A DNA stretch of 64,000 nt. It comes from Candidatus Hydrogenedentota bacterium. GTDB taxonomy: Bacteria > Hydrogenedentota > Hydrogenedentia > Hydrogenedentales > SLHB01. Under the pieces are notes generated by a model. It searched no databases, was not told where the DNA came from, and worked only from the letters and a program-made list of their open reading frames with translations. The stretch lies in contig CAVUWV010000034.1 in NCBI GenBank assembly GCA_963745075.1, forward strand, positions 65,227-129,226, written 5' to 3'. Position numbers and translations under genes: made by a program. This document shows, piece by piece, positions 28,694-39,220 of this stretch (position 1 is its first letter; the number at the start of each line of letters is the position of its first letter).

Positions 28694-29146
28694 ATGGCAC
28701 TGGTACGTTGGAAAGACCGCGGCGAGTTGAGTCCCTGGAGCGCGTTGCGTGACCTGGAAGGTCAGTTCAGCCGGCTCTTCGGCGAACTCAATCGCGACTA
28801 TGATGTCTTTGAGCGTGGCTGGGCACCTGCCGTTGACCTTAAGGAAACCGAAGAGGCGTACCTGCTGGAAGCGGATTTGCCGGGCCTGAAGAAGGAAGAC
28901 ATCGAACTGTCCGCAATGGACAACATGATCACCATCAAGGGCGAGCGCAAGCACGAGGAAGAGAAGAAGGAAAACGGCTACAACCGGGTCGAACGCCGGT
29001 ATGGCACCTTCCAGCGCGCGTTTGAAATCCCCGGCGGGTTCGACGCCGACAAGGTGAAGGCCCATTTCGAGGACGGCGTGCTGCACATCACGCTTCCGAA
29101 ACGCGAAGAAACCAAGCCCAGACACATCGAAGTGAAGGTAAAGTAA
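28694..29146 (+). CDS. Hsp20/alpha-crystallin small heat-shock protein
   Basis: WAPAVDLKET, ADLPGL, ERRYGTFQRAF, FEDGVLHITLPK, IEVK; AAGGAG SD. Confidence 0.95.
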   Translation: MALVRWKDRGELSPWSALRDLEGQFSRLFGELNRDYDVFERGWAPAVDLKETEEAYLLEADLPGLKKEDIELSAMDNMITIKGERKHEEEKKENGYNRVERRYGTFQRAFEIPGGFDADKVKAHFEDGVLHITLPKREETKPRHIEVKVK

Positions 29147-29219
29147 TTCCACTATCAACGTGAAACGAAGAAGGAGTCGGGGGGCAGCTTTTGCCCCCCT
29201 CTATCGAGGAGAACGAACG

Positions 29220-29570
29220 ATGACTACCGCTGCCCCCGAAATCGCAACCCGCCTTGTGGCGCCCCGAGTCAACATTGTCGAGCGTGAAGATGCCGTCGTG
29301 CTGGAAGCGGAGTTGCCGGGTGTGCCGAAGGACGGCGTGAATTTGGAATTCAAAGACGGTGAACTGATTCTGACCGGCAAGCGCAAGATGATGAACGGCG
29401 AAGGACGGCTTCACATCCAGGAACGGCCGCAAGCCGATTTCCGCCGGGTGTTCGCCCTGAGCCGCGTCATCGACAGCCAGAAGATTGACGCCAATATGAA
29501 AGACGGCGTGCTGACGGTCACCCTCCACAAAGTGGAAGCGGTGAAGCCGCGCCGGATCACCGTCAATTAA
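29220..29570 (+). CDS. Hsp20/alpha-crystallin small heat-shock protein (short N-terminus)
   Basis: PRVNIVE, ELPGV, FRRVFAL, MKDGVLTVTL, RRITV; GAGGAG SD. Confidence 0.93.
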   Translation: MTTAAPEIATRLVAPRVNIVEREDAVVLEAELPGVPKDGVNLEFKDGELILTGKRKMMNGEGRLHIQERPQADFRRVFALSRVIDSQKIDANMKDGVLTVTLHKVEAVKPRRITVN

Positions 29571-29603
29571 ATGTTTGCTCGTCCCATATCCCTGCTCCCA
29601 GTG

Positions 29604-29635
29604 GCCCTCGCGCGACCCTCCCCCCGCGCGAGGGC
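29604..29635. terminator. Hairpin between convergent genes
   Basis: 11-bp perfect stem GCCCTCGCGCG/CGCGCGAGGGC. Confidence 0.6.
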
Positions 29636-29641
29636 AATCTC

Positions 29642-29935
29642 TTATTCAGCGCCGGACTCGTCGGTTGGTTGCTGATCCGTGTCCGTCACGCCGGACTCGA
29701 AATCTTCCCAGGTTCCGTCTTGGTGAAGCACCCGGACTTTGCCGGTCTCGCTGTCGAGCACGGCATATTCGGTGCCTGCATCCGTCTGGCGGCTCGTCAG
29801 TTCGTAGCGGCCCGAATTGTTAATATTGTTGGATGACGTAACGTTTACGTTCGGTCCCACGAACAGGGCCGCGCAGACCGTAAGCACAACTCCGATCAGT
29901 ACTCCCCCGACAAAGTAGCGGCTCTGCGAAATCAT
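29642..29935 (-). CDS. Small hypothetical membrane-anchored protein
   Basis: GGAGG SD, N-terminal TM helix, GRYEL..VLDSETGKV. Confidence 0.65.
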   Translation of the reverse strand: MISQSRYFVGGVLIGVVLTVCAALFVGPNVNVTSSNNINNSGRYELTSRQTDAGTEYAVLDSETGKVRVLHQDGTWEDFESGVTDTDQQPTDESGAE

Positions 29936-30160
29936 CGATATGGTCCTCCACACAACTGAAGTACGAGTGTCTTGAGCAATTGGCAATTGCCGAGAGTGAG
30001 CAAGCGTGATGCCAGTATGCTCATTATCCATAAGATTCTCTGGAACGGAGGCTTATGGACAATCATCCGATCGAGGATGGATTCTGACGGGCGTTATCTC
30101 GCGCCGAATTGTGGTTGGATTGTGCAGGGATCGGTTTGTGTCGCCAGCCGATGTGCCGCG

Positions 30161-31042
30161 TTATAGCGCCACCTGCTCCCGAGTCACTTCGCTGCCGTTT
30201 CGCCGCAATACCGTCACCGACTTAACCCCATTCTCCATCAGGTATTGCCGCGCATCGTCGACCCCCGCGCCGACGGTATCCGGCCCGTGACTGTCGTCGC
30301 CAAAACAGAACGGGACGCCCATCTCGCGGGCACATTGCACCAGCCACGGAGCGGGGTAGGGGGAGTCCAGGCCTTTGCGCCAGCCGGCCGTGTTCAGATC
30401 AAGAATGCCACCGCAATCCTTGACCGTCTCGAGGGTTGCCTGGGCGGCCTCGCGAACAGCCGGCGTGTCCACGTCGCCGAATAGATGGCCGTTCTTGCGA
30501 ATGAGATCCAGGTGGCCGACCACTTCCGGCTTCAACGCGCGCACCATTTCGGCCACGCTTTCGTAGTAGCGGATGGCGAGCGGTTCGAGTCCGCCCCGCA
30601 ATTTCATGACATGCTCGAATTCCTTGGGCGGTCCGTCGATGCTCGTGTCGTCAATGTAGTGGACTGAGCCGACCATGTAGTCGAACTTGAAGCGCTGGCG
30701 ATACGTCGTCATGAGTTCGATGTAGCTGTTATGGGGTACCACCTCGATTTCGAATCCCCGCAAGACCGTCAAACGGTCCGCGTATTCGTCGGCGACCTGA
30801 AAGATCGTCTCGCCGTAGCGTTCGAAGTCGTCCACGATCTTCTCGACCGTCCATCCGAGTTCAACTTCGTTTTCGTACAAGTATTGCTCGCCCACGCGCG
30901 GCACGTGTTCGCTGACGCCATAGGTCGTGAACCCGGCCGCAATGGCCGCGTCGAGCACTTCGCGCAGGGTGCCGGTCGCGTGGTCACAGAACTCGCCGGA
31001 ATGGCCGCCGTGCAGGGAAACTTTCCAGGGGGTCTCGGGCAT
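30161..31042 (-). CDS. hisJ: Histidinol-phosphatase, PHP/HisJ family
   Basis: SLHGGHSGEFCDHA, SEH, DYMVGSVH, VGHLDL, LNTAG, PYP, GDDSH. Confidence 0.85.
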   Translation of the reverse strand: MPETPWKVSLHGGHSGEFCDHATGTLREVLDAAIAAGFTTYGVSEHVPRVGEQYLYENEVELGWTVEKIVDDFERYGETIFQVADEYADRLTVLRGFEIEVVPHNSYIELMTTYRQRFKFDYMVGSVHYIDDTSIDGPPKEFEHVMKLRGGLEPLAIRYYESVAEMVRALKPEVVGHLDLIRKNGHLFGDVDTPAVREAAQATLETVKDCGGILDLNTAGWRKGLDSPYPAPWLVQCAREMGVPFCFGDDSHGPDTVGAGVDDARQYLMENGVKSVTVLRRNGSEVTREQVAL

Positions 31043-31094
31043 GGTACTTCCTTCAGATCAACAAATGGGGTTCACTGACATAAGGACTTCAATC

Positions 31095-31151
31095 AATCGT
31101 TCTCGTACTCGTAATCAAAACGCCAACGTACGAAGTACGAGAAGGAGTACG
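31095..31151. repeat. Hexamer-based inverted repeat (TCGTAC/TCGTAA type)
   Basis: aatcgt-tctcgt-actcgt-aatc; TTCTCGTACT pairs with AGTACGAGAA. Confidence 0.55.
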
Positions 31152-31216
31152 GTAGCATTTCAAAGGCCTCGCGACAAACTCTATTAAGATTGTCGAAGTG
31201 CCGACCGGTAAATCGA

Positions 31217-32458
31217 CTACCGCGCGGACGCCTTGCTTTCATCCACTTTCAGCAATAGGGCCCCGCCAACGAAGAACAAAATGATCAGGCTGAACACCCC
31301 CGCGCGGCTGTCGTTAAACAGCAATCCGAACCCGCCGACCATGACCGGGCCGAGGATTGCGGCAAACTTGCCGAAGATGTCGTAGAACCCGAAGAACTGG
31401 GCCGACTTTTCCTTGGGCACGAGCTTGCCGTAGAACGATCGACTGAGGGATTGGATGCCGCCCTGCGCGGTTCCCACCAACGTTGCCAGCGCCCAGAAGT
31501 GCCAGCTCTGAGAGATGTTATACGCGAGTACGGTCACGACGAAATACGTGCCGATCCCGACGAGAATCATGCGTTTGGCCGTAAACCGCGTAGCGAGCTT
31601 TCCGTACAGCATGGCGCAGGGAAATGCAACGATCTGCGTATACAAGAGGATGAGCATCAGTTCCGACGTTTCGATCCCCACGTCGATCCCGAAGGATGTC
31701 GCCATCTTGTAAATGGTGTGAACACCGTCGATGTAAAGGAAGAACGCTAACAGGAAGAGAAACAAATGCCGGTACTTGGGGATTTCGCGCAGTGTCTGGA
31801 CAAGTCGCGAGAGACTGTCACGTACCGGGGTCTCGGAGGCGGGCACGAAATACTTCTGCTCGACATTTCGTAACATGGGGATGGACAAGGCGAACCACCA
31901 GACGGCGGTGATTAGAAACGCAACACGCGTCGCGAGGACGGGTGAGCTGAAACCAATAGCGTCGTACTTGCTGATGAGCACGATGCACACGATGTAGGGG
32001 ACCGTACTCGCAATATAGCCCCAGGCAAACCCTAACGAGGAGACCCAGTCCATACGGTCGTTTTCGGTCACGTCGACCAGAAACGAATCGTAAAACACGA
32101 CCGCACCATAGAAGCCGATGGTGGAGAACGCGTAGATGACGAGGCACAGTTCCCAGCCGCCCTCTTTCACGAGGGCCAGGGCTGCCGTGGAACAGACGCC
32201 ACCGATGAGGAAGAGCGTAAAGAGTTTCTTCTTCACGCCTTTGTGGTCTGCGAACGCCCCGAGGATCGGCGCCATTACTGCCACCAACAAGGCGGCCATC
32301 GTGTTGCCCAGCCCCCACCAGAAGGTCGATTGCGCATCGGACATTCCCGAAGCCGCGTAGGTCTTGAAGAAGATCGGAAGAATGGCCGTCGTCACGATCA
32401 GCGTCTGTGCGCTGTTGGCACAGTCGTACAGAATCCAGCTTCGCTCTTGTTTCGTCAC
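31217..32458 (-). CDS. MFS transporter, UMF1/Atg22 family
   Basis: SWILYDCANSA, FYDSFL, SSLGFAWGY, GGIQSLSRS, FFGFYDIFGKFA. Confidence 0.9.
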   Translation of the reverse strand: MTKQERSWILYDCANSAQTLIVTTAILPIFFKTYAASGMSDAQSTFWWGLGNTMAALLVAVMAPILGAFADHKGVKKKLFTLFLIGGVCSTAALALVKEGGWELCLVIYAFSTIGFYGAVVFYDSFLVDVTENDRMDWVSSLGFAWGYIASTVPYIVCIVLISKYDAIGFSSPVLATRVAFLITAVWWFALSIPMLRNVEQKYFVPASETPVRDSLSRLVQTLREIPKYRHLFLFLLAFFLYIDGVHTIYKMATSFGIDVGIETSELMLILLYTQIVAFPCAMLYGKLATRFTAKRMILVGIGTYFVVTVLAYNISQSWHFWALATLVGTAQGGIQSLSRSFYGKLVPKEKSAQFFGFYDIFGKFAAILGPVMVGGFGLLFNDSRAGVFSLIILFFVGGALLLKVDESKASAR

Positions 32459-32559
32459 CGGCAGCCTCCGTCATGTGCCTTGGTAATGTTGCCGCGGGCA
32501 ACAGGGAATCAAGCGTTGATTAAGGAACACACAATCATCTGACGCGCGCGGAAGTATTG

Positions 32560-32598
32560 CAGGGAGACGCGGGAATCGGCGATTCCCGCGTTTCCCTG
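32560..32598 (-). terminator. Long hairpin downstream of the ECF fusion gene
   Basis: CAGGGAGACGCGGGAATC-GGC-GATTCCCGCGTTTCCCTG, 17/18 paired; no clear U tract. Confidence 0.55.
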
Positions 32599-32605
32599 TG
32601 CGAGG

Positions 32606-35600
32606 CTATCTCGGTTTCAACACGATTGATAATGCTGCAGTCTCATCCACGTTCACCTGAACGGAGTCCAGGCGCAGATCCCCCAACGGATCCACCACCG
32701 CAAACGCCGTGTAACGGCCGGGCTCCAAGCCCGTCACCTGAACCGTTTCACCGGCGGCGCATTCGCGTTGCCAAACGAGGGACCTCTCCAACGTACCGAA
32801 CGCCTGTAGGCTTGGCTCGGCTGGAAACGGCACATCGCCTGCGAGGATTGCTACAGCCGCGTCTTCACCTTCCACACGAATTGTGAGGGAGCCGCCCGAT
32901 GTGAACGCAACGTCTTGGATGATCGTCTCGCCATCGACCAGTTCCGTGGATAGTGTTTTTGTCCGTGTAGGCCCATCTTCCGACAATGCCGTCTTGACCG
33001 TCAGATCGGCCGTACCACCGGGAAGTCCGGTCGCGGAATAGGTCCCATCGGCTTGGATGGATAGGGTGCGGCTGGATTCTCCACTGGCAGTGTGTACCGT
33101 GATTTCGACCTCGCCGCCGGGAACCGGCAGGTCTTCAATGCGCACGGTTCCTTCCACGGATGCGTTTCCAGTTTGCAGCGCGAGGTCGAGGACGGTGCTA
33201 CGTTCCGGCCGTATGTGCGCTTGTCGGGAGAGTGTGTAGTGGACCTCGCGCCCCTCCAGTTCGATACCCGGAGATGCGGACACCATCACGTCTCCCGGGG
33301 AGACAACTGGGAACTGGAACCGGCCGGTCGCATCGGTCGCCACCTGGTCCGACGCTATCGGACCTTCCTGAACGTAGTCCAAATGAATCCACGCTCCACT
33401 CAAGGGCTCACCGTTCAGCGTTGCCGTGCCTTCCAGAGACCCCGCGCGTGGCAAGCGGATTCGTAGCGACGACCGCTCGGACGGATCGGCAGGTACGGGC
33501 ACGGACCCGGGCGCGTAATCAGCATGATATGCGGTAACCTGTTGCAGGCCGGGATCGATGCCGTTCAGGTGAAAAAGTCCATTCGCGTCTGTCCGAGTGG
33601 AGGCGCCAGTCTCCGGCGTGCTGTTCTCGGGCATACCCCCTGTGAAGATGAGTGCGCCTTGGATGGGTTGGCCTTCGTCGCTTACGACGATGCCGTCCAT
33701 CTGTATACCGGGCTTGAGCCGGAGTACGATGTCTTCGATAGCCCTGCCAGGCGCTATCCCCGGGATATCGCGCACGGTGGGCGCATATCCCGGCGCACGA
33801 GCCGCCACCATCGCGAAACCCATGCTTCCCGGCATATCGTTTAGTGAGAATCTTCCCTCGTTGTCCTGTATCTGGATGAATTCATTCTCCATCCACGGCG
33901 AGACTTTCATGGCTAAGCCGGGATGGACGAGGACTTCAAAACGCGTAATGGGCTCCCCCGTGTCCGCACGGACAACTTGTCCACTGATCGTGGCCCGGGG
34001 ACCCAGTTCGAAGTCCACGCCCTCTGACCCGGCCGGCACCGCCCATTGGCGTGCTTCCATGTAATGGGGGTCAAAGATGTGAACCTCGTAGGTGCCGGCC
34101 GAAAGCCCACCAATCAGGTAGCGGCCTTCGCTGTCGGTAGCGGCACGGCGAGTGATCGCCTGCGAATCGAAACTGCCCACGGCGCTTGCTTGAACACCTT
34201 GCAGCGGCTGTCCGTGCTGATCCGTCACGGTGCCGGCGATGGTCAAGTCACCGGTCTCGCATGTGAGGATCAGCCCATCAAGCGTGCCTGCGGCTGGAAC
34301 GGTCACCCGCTGCGTGGGACCTTCCGGTTGCGTGGCACTCGGTGGCGCAAGGCGGACGTTCGAACAACCCCGCCCAGAGTCCCTGAATGATGAATTCACC
34401 GTCCGTTCGGCTCTCTCCCTGTGGCTCTCGAAACGGATAGGATTCCGCTGGGTAGGCCGTGACCGTTGCATCTGGTACCGGTCTGCCCAGTTGGTCAATC
34501 ACGTGTCCTTCCAGCGTGCTTTCTGGGTACACTTGAATGATCAGATTCTCGAGTCCTTTCGCATCGAGTGTGAAAGGACCTGTTGGCGCCTGGGCCCATC
34601 CGGGTTTGCGCGCGACGATGTAGAGTTCAGGCGTTGCGTTGAGCCCGCGAAGGATAAACGTTCCGTCATCCTCGGACTCCGTCGCTCGTGCTCCGCCGGT
34701 ATCCGTACCCCGTGCCAATACTTCAGCGTCCGCGATTGGCGTTCCGTCGCGGTTGACAACCGATCCGCTCACCGTAATTCCGGCGCGAAGGGAGAAATCT
34801 ACATCCGAAATGGTTTGCCCAGCTTTAACCAGAACGGTCTGATACTCCTGCGAGTATCCGGGCCGGCTCTCGGGGTATCCCGCCGCGCTGCCACAGACCA
34901 CCCGCGAGCGACCCACGGGGACACCGGTTATATGATAGAGACCAGCGGTATCCGTACGGCTAAGGCGTTCCTCGGCGGGTGCCGCCGACTCGGCGGTTGC
35001 TGCGACGCGGACATCAGGCGTCCCGTTGCCGGACTCGGCGTCGTTCACGCGGCCTTCGACGACGCCGCCCACGCGTACGGGGACTGCAACGCCCCGGGCG
35101 TCCGTGCCGTTGACGATGTCGAATGCAACGGGTTCAGATTGCGGAACGATATAGTCGCCCGACACGTCGATCCGGAAAGCGCCATCCGGCAGTCCGGCAA
35201 TCCGGAATTGACCTGCCCCATCAGTCTTTCCCTCGCCGGCCGTTCCGCCATCTTCGGCGAGGATGGTCACGAGCGCGCGATTGATCCCTTCGCCGGTTTG
35301 TTCGTCTACCACTCGACCGGAAGCAATCGCGGAGACGGGAACGCCATTGTTCGCGCCGGCAACGGGGGCTGATGTCTCAGGACCCGGTTCGGACGGATGG
35401 TTGGGGGCCGTGTCGGGGAGATGTATTACCGTTTCCGTTGCTGGCTCAGGTCCGCGCGCGGATATAAGATTACGGAGTGGAACCGCAATCAATACGGACA
35501 GCACGCAAAGAGCCGCGAGCCACGCGAGCAACTTGCCGGAGAGGATTCCTCCACCAGCAATTGCCGATCCCGCCACCGTTCCGGCCTTGGCTTCCCACGC

Positions 35601-36218
35601 TACGGACATCCCCGCGACGATACCCATGATTCGCAGCGCTCGCTTCTCCGAGGCGTCTCTGGTCAGGCTGGTGTCTCCGATTTCACGCAAAGCCGTTCGG
35701 CTGAGCGTTTCGCGTGCGCGCTGGAGGCGTTTCTTTGCCGCGTTCGGCGTCGTGTCGAGCAACGAAGCGATCTCGCGAATGCTCTTGCCCGAGACGTAGC
35801 GCAGGAGAATCACCTCCCGCTGGTTTTCGTCCATTTGCAGGATCTCGCTGTAGACCCGTTCCCAGAGTTCGCGCCTTTCCACGTCCGGACCCATTACGAT
35901 TTCCTCCGCGAAGATCTCGGTTGCGGCACGCTGCTCGCGCACGTTTTTCCGAAGCATCTTGTAGGCCCGGTCACGCGCAATCGCGAGCACCCATGGGCCG
36001 AACTTCGCGGGTTCCCGCAGGGTGTCCAACTGCTCGAAGGCCCGAAGAAACGATTCCTGGACGGCGTCGTCCACATCCGCGGAATTTCTGAGACGGGCGA
36101 AGGCAACGGCACGTACCGCGGGAAGATAACGCCGAACCAGCACGCCGAAGTCATCCCGCTGTCCGTTGAGTGTGCCTTTCACCAGCGACTCGTCTGACTC
36201 TTTAATGAAATTGAACAT
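32606..36218 (-). CDS. ECF sigma factor fused to a TM helix and multiple carboxypeptidase-regulatory-like repeats (about 1200 aa; frameshift near 34361)
   Basis: Sigma region 2 (DVDDAVQESF, FGPW) and region 4 (SIREIASLL..KKRLQRAR), TM helix, repeated G.VVD..G.PI..A.V and TD..G.F..GL. Removing one base joins ORFs 34278-36218 and 32606-34498. Confidence 0.82.
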
Positions 36219-36412
36219 GGTTTCTTTCCTTCTTTGCAGTATAGACCCCTAAGGGGGTCCGGAGGGGCCGGGCAAGTTTGAGGAACCTTCGCAATTCCGG
36301 CCGGAGTGCATCGAAGGCACCGAGAGTCCCGCGTCCTCCTCGCGTTCGGCTGGAAAAGACCGGTTTCCCCGCGTAGAGTGGCGCGAGGAGATTCAGAGAA
36401 GAGGGAGAGCGT

Positions 36413-37399
36413 ATGGAAGTGGGACGCGATGGGGGATTTTGGGAACTGGGAACATCGCCAAGAAATTCGCGGCGGGGCTGAGCGTGTTGCCCGATGCCGA
36501 ACTCGTGGCCGTGGGGTCGCGGGCGCAAGATACGGCCGATGCGTTCGGCGACGAATTCAAGGTTCCCCGCCGTCATCGTACTTATAAAGCGTTGGCGAAC
36601 GACGAGCGAAGTCGACGTGATCTACGTCTCCACGCCCCATCAGTTGCATCGGGAAAACACGTTGCTGTGCATCGGTGCGGGGAAGCCCGTGTTGTGCGAG
36701 AAGCCCTTCGCCATCAACGCGCTCGAAGCGGCGGACATGGTCGCCGCGGCCCGCGATGCGGGCGTGTTCCTCATGGAGGCCATGTGGACGCGGTTTCTGC
36801 CCGCGATCGTGAAGGTTAGAGAATGGCTGGCCGAGGGGAAGATCGGCGAACCGCGATTGGTTGACGCTGACTTCGGGTTCCGCGCGGAGGTGGATCCGGA
36901 GAGTCGCCTGTTTAACCCTGCCTATGGCGGCGGCGCGTTGTTGGACGTGGGTGTGTACACGATATCCTTCGCATCGATGGTGTTCGGTCAAGCGCCGCAG
37001 CGCTGCGCCGGGTTCGCGCAGATTGGAGAGACCGGTGTTGACGAGCAAGCGTCCATGGTGCTCGGGTTCGGAAACGGGCAGACCGCCTCGCTCTCGTGTG
37101 CCGTACGCGTAAACACGCCGCACCAAGCGGTCATTATGGGCACGAAAGGCACGATCCGCATTCATGCGCCGTTCTGGTGCACCACCGGCGCGATCTTGCA
37201 GGTGGAAGGTGAGGAAGATGTCGAATTCAGCATGCCGCACAAAGGCAATGGCTACGAGTACCAGGCGGAAGAAGTAATGCGTTGTCTACGCGACGGTAAG
37301 GGGGAAAGCTCAGTGATGCCGTTGGACGAATCGGTGGCGATCGTGCAGACCATGGATCAAATTCGCAGCCAGTGGAATCTGAAATACCCCATGGAGTGA
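36413..37399 (+). CDS. Gfo/Idh/MocA oxidoreductase (frameshifts near 36422 and 36607)
   Basis: [11 protein letters not shown], then [34 protein letters not shown] across frames. Confidence 0.88.
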
Positions 37400-37467
37400 T
37401 GACGACCATGCGGTTGGCACGATGGGTACGCCGGGCGCGGCGTTTGGTAAAAGGAAAAGCACCATCT

Positions 37468-38433
37468 ATGCAGTACGGAAATGTTTCGGGCATCGACAAA
37501 CCGGTTTCGCGAATCGTCCAGGGTACCGTGATGACGCCCGGAGATGATGAAGCGCGGTGGCACGATCTTTTCGACGCCGTATTCGAACTGGGATGCAATA
37601 CCTTCGACACCGCACACGTTTATTCCTCCGGGGACAACGAACGGTCCATGGGGCGCTGGTTCAATTCGCGTGGCGTTCGCGATAAGGTCGTAATTATCGG
37701 CAAGGGCGCGCATCATAACGCGGATCGGAAATGTGTGACGCCTTACGACATTACCGCGCATTTGTACGATTCGCTGGCGCGGTTTCAGACTGAATCCATT
37801 GACCTCTACTTGCTGCATCGCGACGATCCGTCCGTGCCCGTCGGTCCCATTGTCGAAACCCTGAATGAACACGCCGCTGCGGGGCGCATCAAGGCCTTTG
37901 GCGGATCCAACTGGACCGCGCGCCGGATTGCCGAAGCCAACGCCTACGCGAAGGAACGAGGGCTAATACCCTTCGTAGCGACAAGCCCGCAATACAGTTT
38001 GGCTGAGATGCAGGAGGAACCCTGGGAAGGATGCACCAGCATCAGCGGTCCCCAGGGTGAGTCGGACCGCGCGTGGTACTTTGCGCAGAAGATGGTGGTT
38101 TTCTGCTGGTCGAGTCTGGCCGGCGGTTTCCTGTCCGGGCGGTTGACGCGAGACAACCTGGCGCAGTACGAAGAGGAACTCTACTATCGCTGCTACGTGA
38201 ATGAACGCAATATGCAACGCCTCGATCGGGCGCGAGAACTCGCGCGGGAAAAGAACGTGACCGTACCGCAGATCGCGCTGGCCTATGTGCTTCACCAGGA
38301 ACTCGACGTGTTCGCGTTAGCAGCGCCTTACACGTCGGCGGAATTCGAATCCAACCTCGCGGCGCTGGAATTGCGGATCACGCCAGACGAGTTGTCCTGG
38401 CTCGATTTGGAAACTGATGCTCGGGTGGTTTAA
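37468..38433 (+). CDS. Aldo/keto reductase
   Basis: FDTAHVY, KGAH, IDLYLLHRDD, GGSNW, WSSLAGG. Confidence 0.92.
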   Translation: MQYGNVSGIDKPVSRIVQGTVMTPGDDEARWHDLFDAVFELGCNTFDTAHVYSSGDNERSMGRWFNSRGVRDKVVIIGKGAHHNADRKCVTPYDITAHLYDSLARFQTESIDLYLLHRDDPSVPVGPIVETLNEHAAAGRIKAFGGSNWTARRIAEANAYAKERGLIPFVATSPQYSLAEMQEEPWEGCTSISGPQGESDRAWYFAQKMVVFCWSSLAGGFLSGRLTRDNLAQYEEELYYRCYVNERNMQRLDRARELAREKNVTVPQIALAYVLHQELDVFALAAPYTSAEFESNLAALELRITPDELSWLDLETDARVV

Positions 38434-39202
38434 GCGCCGTCGTCGCGAGCGGGTCCGGCAGCAGGCGTTCCCGGAAGCGTGGGATGCGATTCTGCGTGGG
38501 AACGTGCGTTACTACCGGCATCTTCCCTTTGACGATCAACGCGAACTGCAGGGCCACGTGCAGATTCTCCTCGCGGAGAAGAATTTTGAAGGTTGCGGCG
38601 GGCTCGAATTGACCGATGAAATCCGGATCACCATCGCCGGGCAGGCTGCCATCCTGCTGTTGCACCGCGAGACGGATTACTTTCCGGGTCTGGTTTCGAT
38701 TCTGGTTTATCCTGCTGCCTTCATCGCGCCAACCGAAGAGGACGACTTCGGCGACGAAATCATCGAAGGACAGGACATTCATCTCGGCGAGTCGTGGAAC
38801 ATCGGCGCGCTGGTGCTTTCGTGGGAACACGTGCTGCACGGGGGGCGCGACGCGCGCGACGGGGAGAATGTCGTGCTCCACGAATTCGCGCATCAACTGG
38901 ACTATGAGGACGGTGTCAGTAACGGCGCGCCCCTATTGGATGATGACGAGTACGAACGCTGGGGTGAGGTGTTGACCGGAGAGTACGAAAACCTCTGGCG
39001 CGACATCGAGCGGCACCGGCGCACACTGATCAATACGTACGGCGCGACCAATCCCGCCGAGTTTTTCGCCGTGGTGACGGAGTGCTTCTTCGAGCGTCCC
39101 GAAGCCATGCACCAGAAGCATCCGGAGTTGTATGACGTGCTAAGGGATTTCTACCAGCAAGATCCGGAGACGGTGCTTGCCCGTTCGCCGGGAGCAACGT
39201 GA
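38417..39202 (+). CDS. mtfA: MtfA-family (M90) zinc peptidase
   Basis: EKNFEGCGGL, ILVYP, GESW, NVVLHEFAHQLD, YGATNPAEFFAV. Confidence 0.9.
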   Translation: MLGWFKRRRRERVRQQAFPEAWDAILRGNVRYYRHLPFDDQRELQGHVQILLAEKNFEGCGGLELTDEIRITIAGQAAILLLHRETDYFPGLVSILVYPAAFIAPTEEDDFGDEIIEGQDIHLGESWNIGALVLSWEHVLHGGRDARDGENVVLHEFAHQLDYEDGVSNGAPLLDDDEYERWGEVLTGEYENLWRDIERHRRTLINTYGATNPAEFFAVVTECFFERPEAMHQKHPELYDVLRDFYQQDPETVLARSPGAT

Positions 39203-39220
39203 GCTTCGAACCGCTTGCGA

